This document shows, in pieces, positions 54,985-64,000 of a DNA stretch of 64,000 bases. Under the pieces are notes generated by a model. That model saw nothing but the letters and a program-made list of their open reading frames with translations. It did not search any database and was not told the origin of the DNA. This DNA is from Vicinamibacteraceae bacterium (lineage in GTDB: Bacteria > Acidobacteriota > Vicinamibacteria > Vicinamibacterales > UBA8438). The translations under genes and the position numbers were made by a program. Positions within the stretch are counted from its first letter, which is position 1, and each line of letters opens with the position of its first letter. The DNA lies in NCBI GenBank assembly GCA_012271165.1, contig JAAXGX010000197.1, forward strand, positions 34,145-98,144, written 5' to 3'.

Positions 54985-55560
54985 ATGGCGCAAGCCGTCG
55001 AGCAGGCATCACCCCGCAAGGTCGCCATCGCCTCGATCGCCGCGCTGCTCGTGGCGGCGCTGCTGCTGGTAGCCGTCGTCCTGCCGGCGGAGTACGGCAT
55101 CGACATGCTGGGCGTGGGCGCGGCGCTCGGACTGCTCGGGCTGGCGCAGGAGCAGCCGGTCGCGGCGCAGGACGACGAGTACCGGCTCGACGAGGCGCTG
55201 CTGCGGGTCGGGCCGGGCGCCTGGCTGGAATACACCTACCGCATGGAGGCGGGCGCCACGATGCTCTACTCGTGGCAGGCCACCGGTCCCCTGGACTACA
55301 ACTTCCACAGCGCGCCCGACGGCGCCCCCCCGGGCTACGCCGAGACCTTCGACGCGCAGGAGAACGACCGCGCGCACGGCGCCTACACCGCGCCGTTCAC
55401 CGGCGTCCACGGCTGGTACTGGGAGAACGCAACAGACGGCGACGTGACCATCTCGTTCTGGACGGCCGGCTTCTACAGCGAGGCCCACGAGGCGCGCGAC
55501 CGCGCGGACGGCTACCACGCCCTGACCGATCTGCGAGGCAACGAGGTGCGCGACCGCTGA
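54985..55560 (+). CDS. hypothetical membrane-anchored protein
   Basis: It has one TM segment (IASIAALLVAALLLVAVVL) followed by a soluble domain. The ORF-track start is 54970 (TTG) and the first ATG is at 54985. Confidence 0.4.
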   Translation: MAQAVEQASPRKVAIASIAALLVAALLLVAVVLPAEYGIDMLGVGAALGLLGLAQEQPVAAQDDEYRLDEALLRVGPGAWLEYTYRMEAGATMLYSWQATGPLDYNFHSAPDGAPPGYAETFDAQENDRAHGAYTAPFTGVHGWYWENATDGDVTISFWTAGFYSEAHEARDRADGYHALTDLRGNEVRDR

Positions 55561-55844
55561 GCGGTCTCGCCCGAGCGGGAGTGGCTCCGGCAACTCGAAC
55601 GCGGTGACGCAGGCTGTCAGCGACAGCTTGGCCAACCGGCGGCCGAAGATCATTGGCCGCCAGACGTCGCACCAATACCGCACCCGTGCCACACAGGGGC
55701 GGGCCTTGGCCCGTCGCGGGCTGGCCATGTCGACACCACACAACTGAAGTGGTAGGTTTGCCGTACGGCACGCTCGGCGGATGTCTCACCCGGATCGGCG
55801 GCGGCGGAGCCTGCGGGAACCGGCAAGTCCAACGGGAGGGTGAC

Positions 55845-58800
55845 GTGCAGAACAGAGCGAGCGTTCGGACGAGCGGCGTGCGGCGTCGTCGGGCGCGGGC
55901 CGGGCTGGCGGTCCCGGCCGGCGTGATCGGCCTTCTGATTCTCTTCCCTGCCGTGGCCGCCGCGCAGCAGATCGGCGGCACCGTGACGGACACCACCGGC
56001 GGCGTGCTGCCCGGCGTGACGGTCGAGGCGCGCAGCCCCGACATCATCGAGCAGGTGCGCACGGCGGTCACCGACGGCAACGGGCAGTACCTGATCGTCG
56101 CGCTCGAGCCCGGCACCTACTCGATTACCTACACCCTGCCCGGCTTCGGCACGCTGATCCGGGAGGGCATCGAGCTCAGCACCGGGTTCACGGCGACGGT
56201 CGACGTGGCGCTGTCGGTGGGTGACATCGAGGAAACGGTGACCGTCTCGGGGGCGAGCCCGGTCGTCGACATCCAGAACGTCGAGCAGCGCCAGGTGATG
56301 GACCGCGAGGTCATCGACAGCATCCCGACCGGCAAGTCGCTCACCAGCTACGGGCTGCTGGTGCCCGGCATGGTCGGCGCGGAGTCGTACGGCACGACCC
56401 TGTCGCAGGACTCGGGCGGACTGACGTCGCAGACCTCGCAGCGGATGTCGATCCATGGCGGGGAGCGCGAGGACCAGGTGATCTCCATCAACGGGATGGA
56501 CGTGTCCGACCCGTTCACGCAGGGCGCCAACCTGGCCTACTTTCCGGACACCAACTTCGAGGAGATCGCCTTCAGCTACTCGGCGAACTCGGCCGAGATC
56601 GAGACCGGCGGCGTCTCCATCAACATGATTCCCCGTGAGGGCGGCAACAGCTTCAGCGGCGCGGTGTTCAGCACCTTCGGCTTTCCCGACCTGCACGCCG
56701 ACAACCTCGATCAGGATCTGATGGACCGCGGGCTGGCGTCGGCCACGAAGCTGCAGCGGAACTTCACCATCGCGCCCTCGTTCGGCGGCCCGATCGTCCG
56801 CGACCGGCTGTGGTTCTTCGTCAACCACACGACGAACTTCGCCGATCTGCAGGCGCCCGGCGTGTTCCATCCGCTCGACCCGGCCGCCTTCGTCTTCACG
56901 CCGGACCCGGACCGGCCGGCGATCGACGAGTCGACTGCCCGGGAGCAGTCGATCAACCTCACCTGGCAGGCGACCGAGAAGGACAAGTTCAAGCTCTACT
57001 GGACCAACAGCGCGGTGCGGAAGCCGCACTTCCTGCAGGGGCGCACGCTCGTCTCGATCTTCATCACGCCGGAGGCGGCCTTCAGCTCGGTCATCGACGT
57101 CAACAACTACCAGGTCGCCTGGACGCGGCCCCAGACCAACCGGCTGCTGTTCGAGGCGGGCATCTCGCACGAGCCGTTCCGCTTCGACCTGCTCCCGGCC
57201 CCGGGGGCGGTGACCGACATTCCGGGCATTCTCGAGTTCTCTCCCGTCCGGGCGTCCAGGAACATGTCGGGCTGGCTGTCGGGGCCGACGGTGCGTTACA
57301 GCCCGAAGACCGTCAACTACTACCGCGGGTCGGTCTCCTACGTCACGGGCAGCCACAACCTGAAGATCGGCTTCAACCTGAACACGCAGGAGACCAGCGT
57401 CAGTCAGCACAACGACGGCGAGTGGGTTTCTCTCAACACCTTCGGGGGCTTTCCGATCCGCGCGAACTTCTGGGGCAGCGCGAGCTCGACCGACGAGGCG
57501 AAGCCCAGCATGGGGATCTACGCGCAGGAGCAGTGGACGGTCGATCGGCTGACCGTGAACGCGGGCCTGCGCTGGGACTACGTGCGGGCCGGCTATCCAG
57601 ACCAGTTGCGGCCGACCAACATCTGGGTGCGGGACCCGTTCCTGATCGAGGCGGCCCACGTGGTGACCTGGAAGGACTTCCAGCCCCGGCTGGGCGTGGC
57701 CTACGACCTGCGCGGCGACGGCCGCACCGCGCTCAAGTTCTCGGCCCACCGCTACGGCCGGCGCGACTCCACCGACTGGGCGCAGCGTGTCAACCCCGCG
57801 CTCAGCAACCGGCGGATGGTGCGGTCCTGGAACGACGGGCTCACGGGCTGCATCGGAGCGGTTGCCTGCATTCCCGGCGACGGCCTCGTGCAGGGCGATC
57901 CGCTCAACGCCGAGCCCAACGGCGAGCTGCTGAGCCCGAACGTCACGCCGTCGTTCGGCGTGCCCGGCATCACGACGTTCTACGACGACAACTGGGCGTT
58001 CGGCTGGGGCAACCGCTTCTCGAACTGGGAGATGTCCGCGAGCGTCCAGCAGGAGCTGTTGCCCGGCGTCTCGCTCGACGTCGGCTACTTCCGGCGCACG
58101 TGGATCAACCACAGCGTGCTGGACAACCGCGCGGTCGGCCCGGACGACTTCGTGACGGGCACGGTGACCGTCCCCGAGGACCCGCGGCTGCCCGGCGGCG
58201 GCGGCAACACGCTGAGCTTCTACGACCTGCTGCCGACCTCCGTCCGTCCCGCCGACGAGATCAGGGTGGACGCGGGCAACTTCGCCGACCAGAGCGAGAG
58301 GTGGCACGGATTCGACTTCACGGTCGACGCCCGGATGCAGGACCTGCTCCTGCAGGGCGGCGTCAGCACCGGGACCGCATCGCACGACTACTGCAACATC
58401 CAGTCCGCCCTGCCGGAGTCGGTCGGCAACGCGTCCATCAGCGGGGCCGCGGCGATTCCGCAGCGCTCCGATTTCGGTGACACGGCACCGCTCGAGTATT
58501 GCCGCATCACCGAGAACTGGTTGACGCAGGTCAAGTTCCTGGGCTCGTACACGTTTCCGGGCGACGTCCAGATCGCCGGCACCCTGCAGAATCAGCCGGG
58601 GCCGCCGCGGGCGGCGGAGGTGAGGTTCACCGACACGTCGCTGGGGCGCCCGGCCACGCTCTACCCCGGTACCGTGACGCTCAACGTCATTCCGCCGGGA
58701 ACGATGTACGGCGAGCGGTTCAATCAGTTCGACCTGCGCGCGACGAAGATCTTCCGGTTCGCCGGCGGCATGCAGGTGCGGGCGATGTTCGATGTCTTCA

Positions 58801-58919
58801 ACGTGTTCAACGCCAACGCCGTCACGCTGGAGCAGCCGGGCTTCGGGGCCCAGTGGCTGGCGCCGCAGGCGATCATGCCGGGCCGGCTGGCCAAGTTCGC
58901 CTTCCAGCTCGACTTCTAG
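55845..58919 (+). CDS. TonB-dependent receptor-like outer-membrane protein with N-terminal carboxypeptidase-regulatory-like domain
   Basis: The start is GTG after GGGAGGG, with a signal peptide. It has GGTVTDTTGGVLPGVTVEA...DGNGQYLIVALEPGTY and a terminal ...FAFQLDF. Confidence 0.85.
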   Translation: MQNRASVRTSGVRRRRARAGLAVPAGVIGLLILFPAVAAAQQIGGTVTDTTGGVLPGVTVEARSPDIIEQVRTAVTDGNGQYLIVALEPGTYSITYTLPGFGTLIREGIELSTGFTATVDVALSVGDIEETVTVSGASPVVDIQNVEQRQVMDREVIDSIPTGKSLTSYGLLVPGMVGAESYGTTLSQDSGGLTSQTSQRMSIHGGEREDQVISINGMDVSDPFTQGANLAYFPDTNFEEIAFSYSANSAEIETGGVSINMIPREGGNSFSGAVFSTFGFPDLHADNLDQDLMDRGLASATKLQRNFTIAPSFGGPIVRDRLWFFVNHTTNFADLQAPGVFHPLDPAAFVFTPDPDRPAIDESTAREQSINLTWQATEKDKFKLYWTNSAVRKPHFLQGRTLVSIFITPEAAFSSVIDVNNYQVAWTRPQTNRLLFEAGISHEPFRFDLLPAPGAVTDIPGILEFSPVRASRNMSGWLSGPTVRYSPKTVNYYRGSVSYVTGSHNLKIGFNLNTQETSVSQHNDGEWVSLNTFGGFPIRANFWGSASSTDEAKPSMGIYAQEQWTVDRLTVNAGLRWDYVRAGYPDQLRPTNIWVRDPFLIEAAHVVTWKDFQPRLGVAYDLRGDGRTALKFSAHRYGRRDSTDWAQRVNPALSNRRMVRSWNDGLTGCIGAVACIPGDGLVQGDPLNAEPNGELLSPNVTPSFGVPGITTFYDDNWAFGWGNRFSNWEMSASVQQELLPGVSLDVGYFRRTWINHSVLDNRAVGPDDFVTGTVTVPEDPRLPGGGGNTLSFYDLLPTSVRPADEIRVDAGNFADQSERWHGFDFTVDARMQDLLLQGGVSTGTASHDYCNIQSALPESVGNASISGAAAIPQRSDFGDTAPLEYCRITENWLTQVKFLGSYTFPGDVQIAGTLQNQPGPPRAAEVRFTDTSLGRPATLYPGTVTLNVIPPGTMYGERFNQFDLRATKIFRFAGGMQVRAMFDVFNVFNANAVTLEQPGFGAQWLAPQAIMPGRLAKFAFQLDF

Positions 58920-58945
58920 TCGCCGCTCGCAAGGGTGAGTTGCAG

Positions 58946-58979
58946 GGGGGGACGGCGCGCGGGCGCCGTCCCCCCTTTT
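58946..58979 (+). terminator. rho-independent terminator after the TonB-dependent receptor gene
   Basis: ggggggacggcgc-gcgg-gcgccgtcccccc is a 13-bp stem followed by tttt. Confidence 0.75.
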
Positions 58980-59330
58980 CGTGTACGGATGCGTATCGGG
59001 ATCGGATACACTTTCGGCGCCACGCACGTTGAACGTCAGCGCGCTTCGTCTGACGCCGGGTCGCCTGCTGAATGCAATACCCCCAACACCGGGGGAAACA
59101 GGCGGGACCCTGCAAGCGAAGCGCGCAGACGTGTGTGGCAACCGGCCCGGCGACCCATTCGCCGGGAGCAGCGGCGCGTGCGCAGCCAACGGGCGCTCTG
59201 TCCTGCGCCAGCCCGCCGACTGCCACGTAACGCCCAGCTTGAGTAGAATGCGGTGTCCGCTGTGCTCTTGCCAGGGCCAGGGGCTGCCGGGTTCGCCGGG
59301 TCGACCGTGCAAGGCTGACAGGTCACCGCC

Positions 59331-61355
59331 ATGTCGTCTGCCAGAAACGCCGCCGCGCTGACGATCGTCGCCGGGAGCCTCGCGGGTTGGTGGGGGCCGG
59401 CGCCCGGCGCGCACGCCCAGTCCGGCCCGCCGGCCGGGGAATGGCCCGCCTACGCAGCCGACAAGGCCGCCAGCAAGTATTCGCCGCTGGACCAGATCGA
59501 CCGGGACAACGTGGCCGATCTGCGTATCGCGTGGCGGCAGTCGACCGTTCCCGGCGCCGTACGGCAGGGGAATGCCGTGCGGGCACGCGCGCGGTCGCAG
59601 AACACGCCGCTCATGGTGGGCGGCCGACTCTACATCAGCACCGGCCTCGGATCGGTCGCGGCGCTCGATGCGGCGACGGGCGAGGTGGTCTGGTTCGACG
59701 ACCCGCCGCAGGGTGCGGGCGGCGGCCCCGCCGGCGGCGCCGCGCGGGGCGTGGCGTACTGGCGGGACTCCGGGGCCCAGGCCGAGGCCGGTCCGGACGA
59801 GCGCATCATCGCCATCGTCGGCCCGCATCTGGTGGCGCTCGACGCACGGACGGGGCAGCGCCGGCCGGACTTCGGTGACGGAGGAGCGGTCGACCTCCGG
59901 CAGGGTTACGACGGCCGCACGGTCGACAGCTACCGCTGGCGGTCGGCGCCCATCGTGGTCAACGACGTCATCGTGGTCGGCTCCTATCACACCGACTACC
60001 TGGCGGCCGTGCAGCCGGTGACCAAGGCCGGCCCGCGGGGGGACGTCCGCGGCTACGACGTCCGGACCGGCGAGCAGCTCTGGATCTTCCACACGATCCC
60101 GCGCGAGGGCGAGTTCGGCAACGAGACGTGGGGGACCGATCCGAACGAGGACCGCGCTTCCTGGGAGTACTCCGGCCATACCAACATGTGGTCGTTCCCG
60201 AGCGGCGACGAGGCGCTGGGCTACGTCTACCTGCCGCTGACGACGCCGACCAACGACTACTACGGGGGGCACCGCCCGGGCGACAACCTGTTCGCCGAGA
60301 GCCTCGTCTGCCTCGACGCGCGCACCGGCGAGCGCATCTGGCATTTCCAGGCCGTGCATCACGGCCTGTGGGACTACGACTTCGCGTCGGCCCCGAACCT
60401 GGTCGACATCACGGTGGACGGGCGCGCGATCGAGGCGGTGGCGATCGTCAGCAAGCAGGCGTTCACCTACGTGTTCGACCGGGCGACGGGCGAGCCGGTG
60501 TGGCCGATCGAGGAGCGGCCGGTGCCGCAGTCGACGGTGCCGGGCGAGCGCACGTCGCCCACCCAGCCGTTTCCCACCAGGCCGCCGGCTTTCGACCAGC
60601 AGGGGGTAACGGTCGACGACCTGATCGACTTCACGCCGGAGCTGCGGCGCGAAGCGCTCGACATCCTCGGGGGGTTCGAGTACGGCCCGCTGTTCACCCC
60701 GCCGACCCTGATCGACGAGCGCCCCGGCGGCAAGCAGGGGCTGGTGCAGATGCCGGGCACGTCGGGCGGCGCCAACTGGACCGGCGCCGGCTTCGATCCG
60801 GAGACCGGCGTTCTCTACGTGCAGTCGGCGCACACGCAGACCGTCATCGGCATCGTGCGGCCGGAGAATCCCGTCTCCGACGTCGCCTTCGTCCGGAAGG
60901 GGTACCGCTACGCCGAGGGGCCGCGGGGGCTGCCGCTGTTCAAGCCGCCCTACTCGCGCCTGGTGGCGATCGATCTCGATGCGGGCGAGATTCTCTGGAC
61001 GGTGCCGGTCGGCGACGGCCCGCGCGAGCATCCGGCCATCCGGCACCTGGATCTGCCGCCGCTGGGCAACGGCGGCCGCGCGGCGCCGCTCGTGACGAAG
61101 ACCCTGGTGCTGCTGGCCGAGGGGGGCAGCGCGGGGCCGGTGCTGCCGATGTGGGGCGGCGCGGGCGGGAACATGCTCCGCGCCTACGACAAGGCGACCG
61201 GGGACGTGCTCGCGGCGCTGGAGCTGCCGGGGCAGGTCACCGCGGCGCCGATGACGTACATGGCCGGCGGCCGGCAGTACATCGTCGTGACGGTCGGCGG
61301 GTCGGGCGCCCCGAGCGAATACCTGGCGCTTGCGCTTCCCGACCCGCAGGACTGA
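59331..61355 (+). CDS. PQQ-dependent dehydrogenase, glucose/quinate-dehydrogenase-like, periplasmic (paralog of 45430-47460)
   Basis: The 674-aa ORF has GDNLFAESLVCLDARTGERIWHFQAVHHGLWDYDF and GGANWTG. Confidence 0.85.
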   Translation: MSSARNAAALTIVAGSLAGWWGPAPGAHAQSGPPAGEWPAYAADKAASKYSPLDQIDRDNVADLRIAWRQSTVPGAVRQGNAVRARARSQNTPLMVGGRLYISTGLGSVAALDAATGEVVWFDDPPQGAGGGPAGGAARGVAYWRDSGAQAEAGPDERIIAIVGPHLVALDARTGQRRPDFGDGGAVDLRQGYDGRTVDSYRWRSAPIVVNDVIVVGSYHTDYLAAVQPVTKAGPRGDVRGYDVRTGEQLWIFHTIPREGEFGNETWGTDPNEDRASWEYSGHTNMWSFPSGDEALGYVYLPLTTPTNDYYGGHRPGDNLFAESLVCLDARTGERIWHFQAVHHGLWDYDFASAPNLVDITVDGRAIEAVAIVSKQAFTYVFDRATGEPVWPIEERPVPQSTVPGERTSPTQPFPTRPPAFDQQGVTVDDLIDFTPELRREALDILGGFEYGPLFTPPTLIDERPGGKQGLVQMPGTSGGANWTGAGFDPETGVLYVQSAHTQTVIGIVRPENPVSDVAFVRKGYRYAEGPRGLPLFKPPYSRLVAIDLDAGEILWTVPVGDGPREHPAIRHLDLPPLGNGGRAAPLVTKTLVLLAEGGSAGPVLPMWGGAGGNMLRAYDKATGDVLAALELPGQVTAAPMTYMAGGRQYIVVTVGGSGAPSEYLALALPDPQD

Positions 61356-61383
61356 ACGCGGCAAGGATTCGGAGCTGCGACAG

Positions 61384-61623
61384 ATGACCATCGGAAGACG
61401 GCACCGCCGGATGCGCCTCCGGGGCGTCATTCCGCTCGGCGCGGGGTTGCTCGCCTGCTGGTCGGGCGGAGCGGCGCCGGGCCCCTGGACCGCGCCGCCG
61501 GCGCACGCGCAGACCGCGGAGAGCGTATCGGATTCGCGAGGCAACCTGTATACGTGCGGCCAGCGCATGCCCCAGAGGTGGCTGCTGCAGTCGCCGGAAA
61601 GTGAGGGCAACGATGGGCGCTGA
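61384..61623 (+). CDS. possible small secreted/lipoprotein ORF between two PQQ dehydrogenase genes
   Basis: MTIGRRHRRMRLRGVIPLGAGLLACWSG has a signal-like N-terminus with an LLAC lipobox-like motif. It overlaps the next gene's start by 11 nt. It has no homology support. Confidence 0.25.
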   Translation: MTIGRRHRRMRLRGVIPLGAGLLACWSGGAAPGPWTAPPAHAQTAESVSDSRGNLYTCGQRMPQRWLLQSPESEGNDGR

Positions 61624-63370
61624 CGTGCCGGTGTGCGCCGTTCTGCGGCGCACACTCCTGGCTTGCGCCGCGCTGCTGCTGGCGGGGCTGCCCGCGGCGG
61701 GGCAGCCGGACGGGCGCGGCTACGAGCCGGTGACAGAGGAAATGCTGCGCAACCCGCCGCCCGGCGACTGGCTGATGTGGCGGCGGACTTACAACCACTG
61801 GGGCTACAGCCCGCTCGATCAGATCGACGCCTCCAACGTGGGCAGCCTGCGCCTGGCGTGGGCGTGGACCATGGAGCCCGGTCGCCAGGAGACGACGCCG
61901 CTGGTCCACGACGGCATGATGTTCCTGGTGCAGGCGTGCGACTTCGTCGAGGCGCTCGACCTCCGCGACGGGTCGCGCATCTGGGAGTATCGCCGGGAGC
62001 AGGTCGAGCACGGAGCGAGTCTCGCGTGCGTCAGCCGCAACGGCGCGCTCTACCGCGACCGCCTGTTCATCGGTACCCACGATGCGCACCTGGTGGCCCT
62101 GAACGCCCGGACGGGCGAGGTGGAATGGGACGTGGCGGTCGGCGACTGGACGGTGGGGCACCACTACTCGGGCGGGCCCATGGTGATCAAGGACCGCGTG
62201 GTCGCCGGCATGTCGGGCTGCTATCACCAGAACACGCGCTGCTGGGTCTCGGCCCACGACGTGGAGACCGGCGCCGAGGTGTGGCGCACGTACACGATTC
62301 CCCGGGAAGGCGAGTTCGGCTACGAGAGCTGGGGCGACATTCCGGACGAGGATCGGCGCGGCGGCTCGCCCTGGAACTCGCCCAGCTACGACCCGGAGCT
62401 GAACCTGATCTATACCGGCGTCGGGGTGCCGATCCCCTGGGGCTCGGTGCAGCGCCGTACGGGCGACGGCGACGTGCTGTACACCAACTCCACGCTGGCC
62501 CTGAACGCCGATACCGGAGCCATCGTCTGGTACTTCCAGCACATCCCCAACGAGGAGTGGGACCTCGACCATCCGTTCGCGCGGCTGATCGTCGAAACCG
62601 AGGTGTCGCCCGGCGCCGTCGAGTGGCGGAACAACGCGCTCACGCCGGGCCGGCGGCGCAAGATCGTGACCGGCATTCCCGGCAAGACCGGCATCGTGTG
62701 GGCGCTGGACGCGGCCACCGGCGCGTTCCTCTGGGCCCAGCCCACCACGCCGCAGAACGTCGTGGTGGACATCGACGCGGAGAGCCGCCGGGTCATCACG
62801 AACGAGGCGCTCAGGTTCCCGCAGGTCGGCGAGCCGGTCTTCGTGTGCCCGAGCTACTACGGCGGCATCAACTGGCAGGCCACGGCGTACCACCCCGGCA
62901 CGAACCTGCTGTACGCGCCCGTCAACAACGCCTGCATGACCCTGACGCTCAACGAGTTCCGCGAGCGGCCCGGCGCCCACCACGGCTCGGCGCGGGTCGC
63001 GTTGGAGGCGGCCCCGGACATCGACGGCCAGATCGGCCAGTTCACGGCGCTGGACCTGGCGACCGGCGAGCCCGCCTGGGTGTACCGCCAGCGCGCCGGC
63101 GTGGCCGGCTCGGTGCTGGCCACCGGCGGCGGCCTGGTGTTCGTGAGCGACGACGCGCGCCGCTTCCGCGCCTTCGACGCGCGGACCGGGGACATCCTGT
63201 GGGAGCAGATCCTCAACTCGAGCGCCGGCGGGTTTCCGGTGACCTACCGGCACGACGGCGTGCAGTACATCGCCATCGCCGCCGGCGGGGGCATCAACTT
63301 CCGCGGGCTCACGCCGGAGATCCGGCAGCCGGGCCGCGGCAACATGCTGTTCGTCTTCCGCCTTCCATGA
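61613..63370 (+). CDS. PQQ-dependent dehydrogenase (divergent methanol/ethanol-family beta-propeller, single Cys in place of the Cys-Cys pair)
   Basis: It has YSPLDQIDASNV, LACVSRNGALY, EEWDLDH, repeated ALDxxTG.xxW propeller motifs and a signal peptide. Alternative starts are GTG at 61601 and 61625. Confidence 0.8.
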   Translation: MGADVPVCAVLRRTLLACAALLLAGLPAAGQPDGRGYEPVTEEMLRNPPPGDWLMWRRTYNHWGYSPLDQIDASNVGSLRLAWAWTMEPGRQETTPLVHDGMMFLVQACDFVEALDLRDGSRIWEYRREQVEHGASLACVSRNGALYRDRLFIGTHDAHLVALNARTGEVEWDVAVGDWTVGHHYSGGPMVIKDRVVAGMSGCYHQNTRCWVSAHDVETGAEVWRTYTIPREGEFGYESWGDIPDEDRRGGSPWNSPSYDPELNLIYTGVGVPIPWGSVQRRTGDGDVLYTNSTLALNADTGAIVWYFQHIPNEEWDLDHPFARLIVETEVSPGAVEWRNNALTPGRRRKIVTGIPGKTGIVWALDAATGAFLWAQPTTPQNVVVDIDAESRRVITNEALRFPQVGEPVFVCPSYYGGINWQATAYHPGTNLLYAPVNNACMTLTLNEFRERPGAHHGSARVALEAAPDIDGQIGQFTALDLATGEPAWVYRQRAGVAGSVLATGGGLVFVSDDARRFRAFDARTGDILWEQILNSSAGGFPVTYRHDGVQYIAIAAGGGINFRGLTPEIRQPGRGNMLFVFRLP

Positions 63371-63494
63371 CCGCCGGTGCGCGCGGGCCGGCCGGGAGAC
63401 GGATTGAAGAGGGGAGAAGCGTCCGGGGAGTCGCGCCGCCGCGCCGTGGCGGTCCGCGACTCCCCGGCATTCCGGAAGGTCGGGGCGCAGACTC

Positions 63495-64000
63495 CTAGCC
63501 GGTGACCTCGAAGGTGACGTCCTCGTAGCTCGCGAGGCCGCCGTCGTGGGCGATGCAGCGCAGCACGTAGGTGCCGGGCTCGGCGAACTTCGCCTGCACC
63601 ACCCACTTGTTGTCCATGGGCTGCGGCGGCGTCTCCCAGCCGGCGCCCCACGGCGAGTTCGAGTTCGCCCGCGTGTCCTCCCACACCTTGATCTGCGCCG
63701 GATCGAAGACCACGTCGGTCTTGCCGCGGTAGACGAACCAGGACAGCCGCAGCCCCGTCGCCGCCTGAGGCGTCAGGCTCCGCGGCCGCGCCGGGTCGGT
63801 CGGCCGCATCGGGCGCGCCTCCGGCAACCCGTCGTCCTGTGCGACGGCCGTCAGGACGACGGCCTCGTTGACCTTGACGGTCCGGCGCAGCGGGCCGTCG
63901 AGCGTCAGCGCCGGGGGCGTGTTCTTGTAGAGATCCCCCCTGACGCCCGCCCCGTTGTTGGCCATGCGGACGTTGTTGTCCATGTAGTAGTCGGGCTTGA
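63495..64000 (-). CDS. hypothetical protein, C-terminal part (the 5' end runs off the window)
   Basis: The reading frame stays open to the window edge (...KPDYYMDNNVRMANNG...). The composition is beta-rich, and I recognise no family. Confidence 0.45.
   Translation of the reverse strand, partial: KPDYYMDNNVRMANNGAGVRGDLYKNTPPALTLDGPLRRTVKVNEAVVLTAVAQDDGLPEARPMRPTDPARPRSLTPQAATGLRLSWFVYRGKTDVVFDPAQIKVWEDTRANSNSPWGAGWETPPQPMDNKWVVQAKFAEPGTYVLRCIAHDGGLASYEDVTFEVTG

Noticed and set aside
55650-61655. A 2001-aa minus-strand ORF, the longest in the track
   Set aside because: It runs antisense across a TonB-dependent receptor gene and a PQQ dehydrogenase gene, both of which have clear motifs on the plus strand. 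Its translation is Arg/Ala/Gly/Pro/Val-rich low-complexity text with no recognisable domain. This is a typical stop-codon-poor shadow frame of a GC-rich genome.

Overview
This is a very GC-rich bacterial chromosome segment. The gene content (CarboxypepD_reg-type TonB receptors, many secreted enzymes) suggests Acidobacteriota or Gemmatimonadota, but I cannot determine taxonomy from this window. About half the long ORFs in the track are GC-driven antisense or off-frame shadows, and I called genes only where the translation shows recognisable motifs or clear paralogy.

The housekeeping backbone is: ispH (partial), an ECF sigma/anti-sigma pair, SpoIID-like, pckA, gatB, an MOFRL glycerate kinase, rnr, selB, and an ilvD-ilvB-ilvN-ilvC operon.

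Accessory content:
- **Candidate undescribed system, 21.9-29.6 kb (top finding).** This stretch is more AT-rich than its surroundings. It encodes an RtcR-like (CARF-type N-terminus) sigma-54 enhancer-binding protein. Two tandem cassettes follow, each preceded by a sigma-54 -24/-12 element. Each cassette is an ABC/SMC-type ATPase with a DUF3696-like tail plus an unnamed 310-315 aa partner, joined by the same TGATG overlap. There is no rtcA or rtcB.
- **Uncharacterised secreted family.** Six paralogs carry the motifs DG.PDLQG.W ... RTSLI.DP.[DN]GR.P ... ERC ... ARI.PLDGRPH ... GDSRG.WEGDTLVV ... YEY[AG]CHEGN. Three are tandem, and one of those is start/stop-overlapped with a PQQ alcohol dehydrogenase.
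- **Four PQQ quinoprotein dehydrogenases.** One has the D-Y-D lanthanide-type signature.
- **Other accessory genes.** There are two TonB-dependent receptors, a heme-c/copper-monooxygenase-like fusion and a CitMHS transporter.
- **Mobile-element scar.** This comprises a DUF222-HNH gene and a frameshifted transposase-like remnant.
- **Dispersed repeat.** A structured repeat of about 95 bp occurs at four loci.
- **ilv attenuator.** A Val-rich leader peptide with a terminator/antiterminator lies in front of ilvD.

All family names are assigned by eye from motifs. No database search was run.
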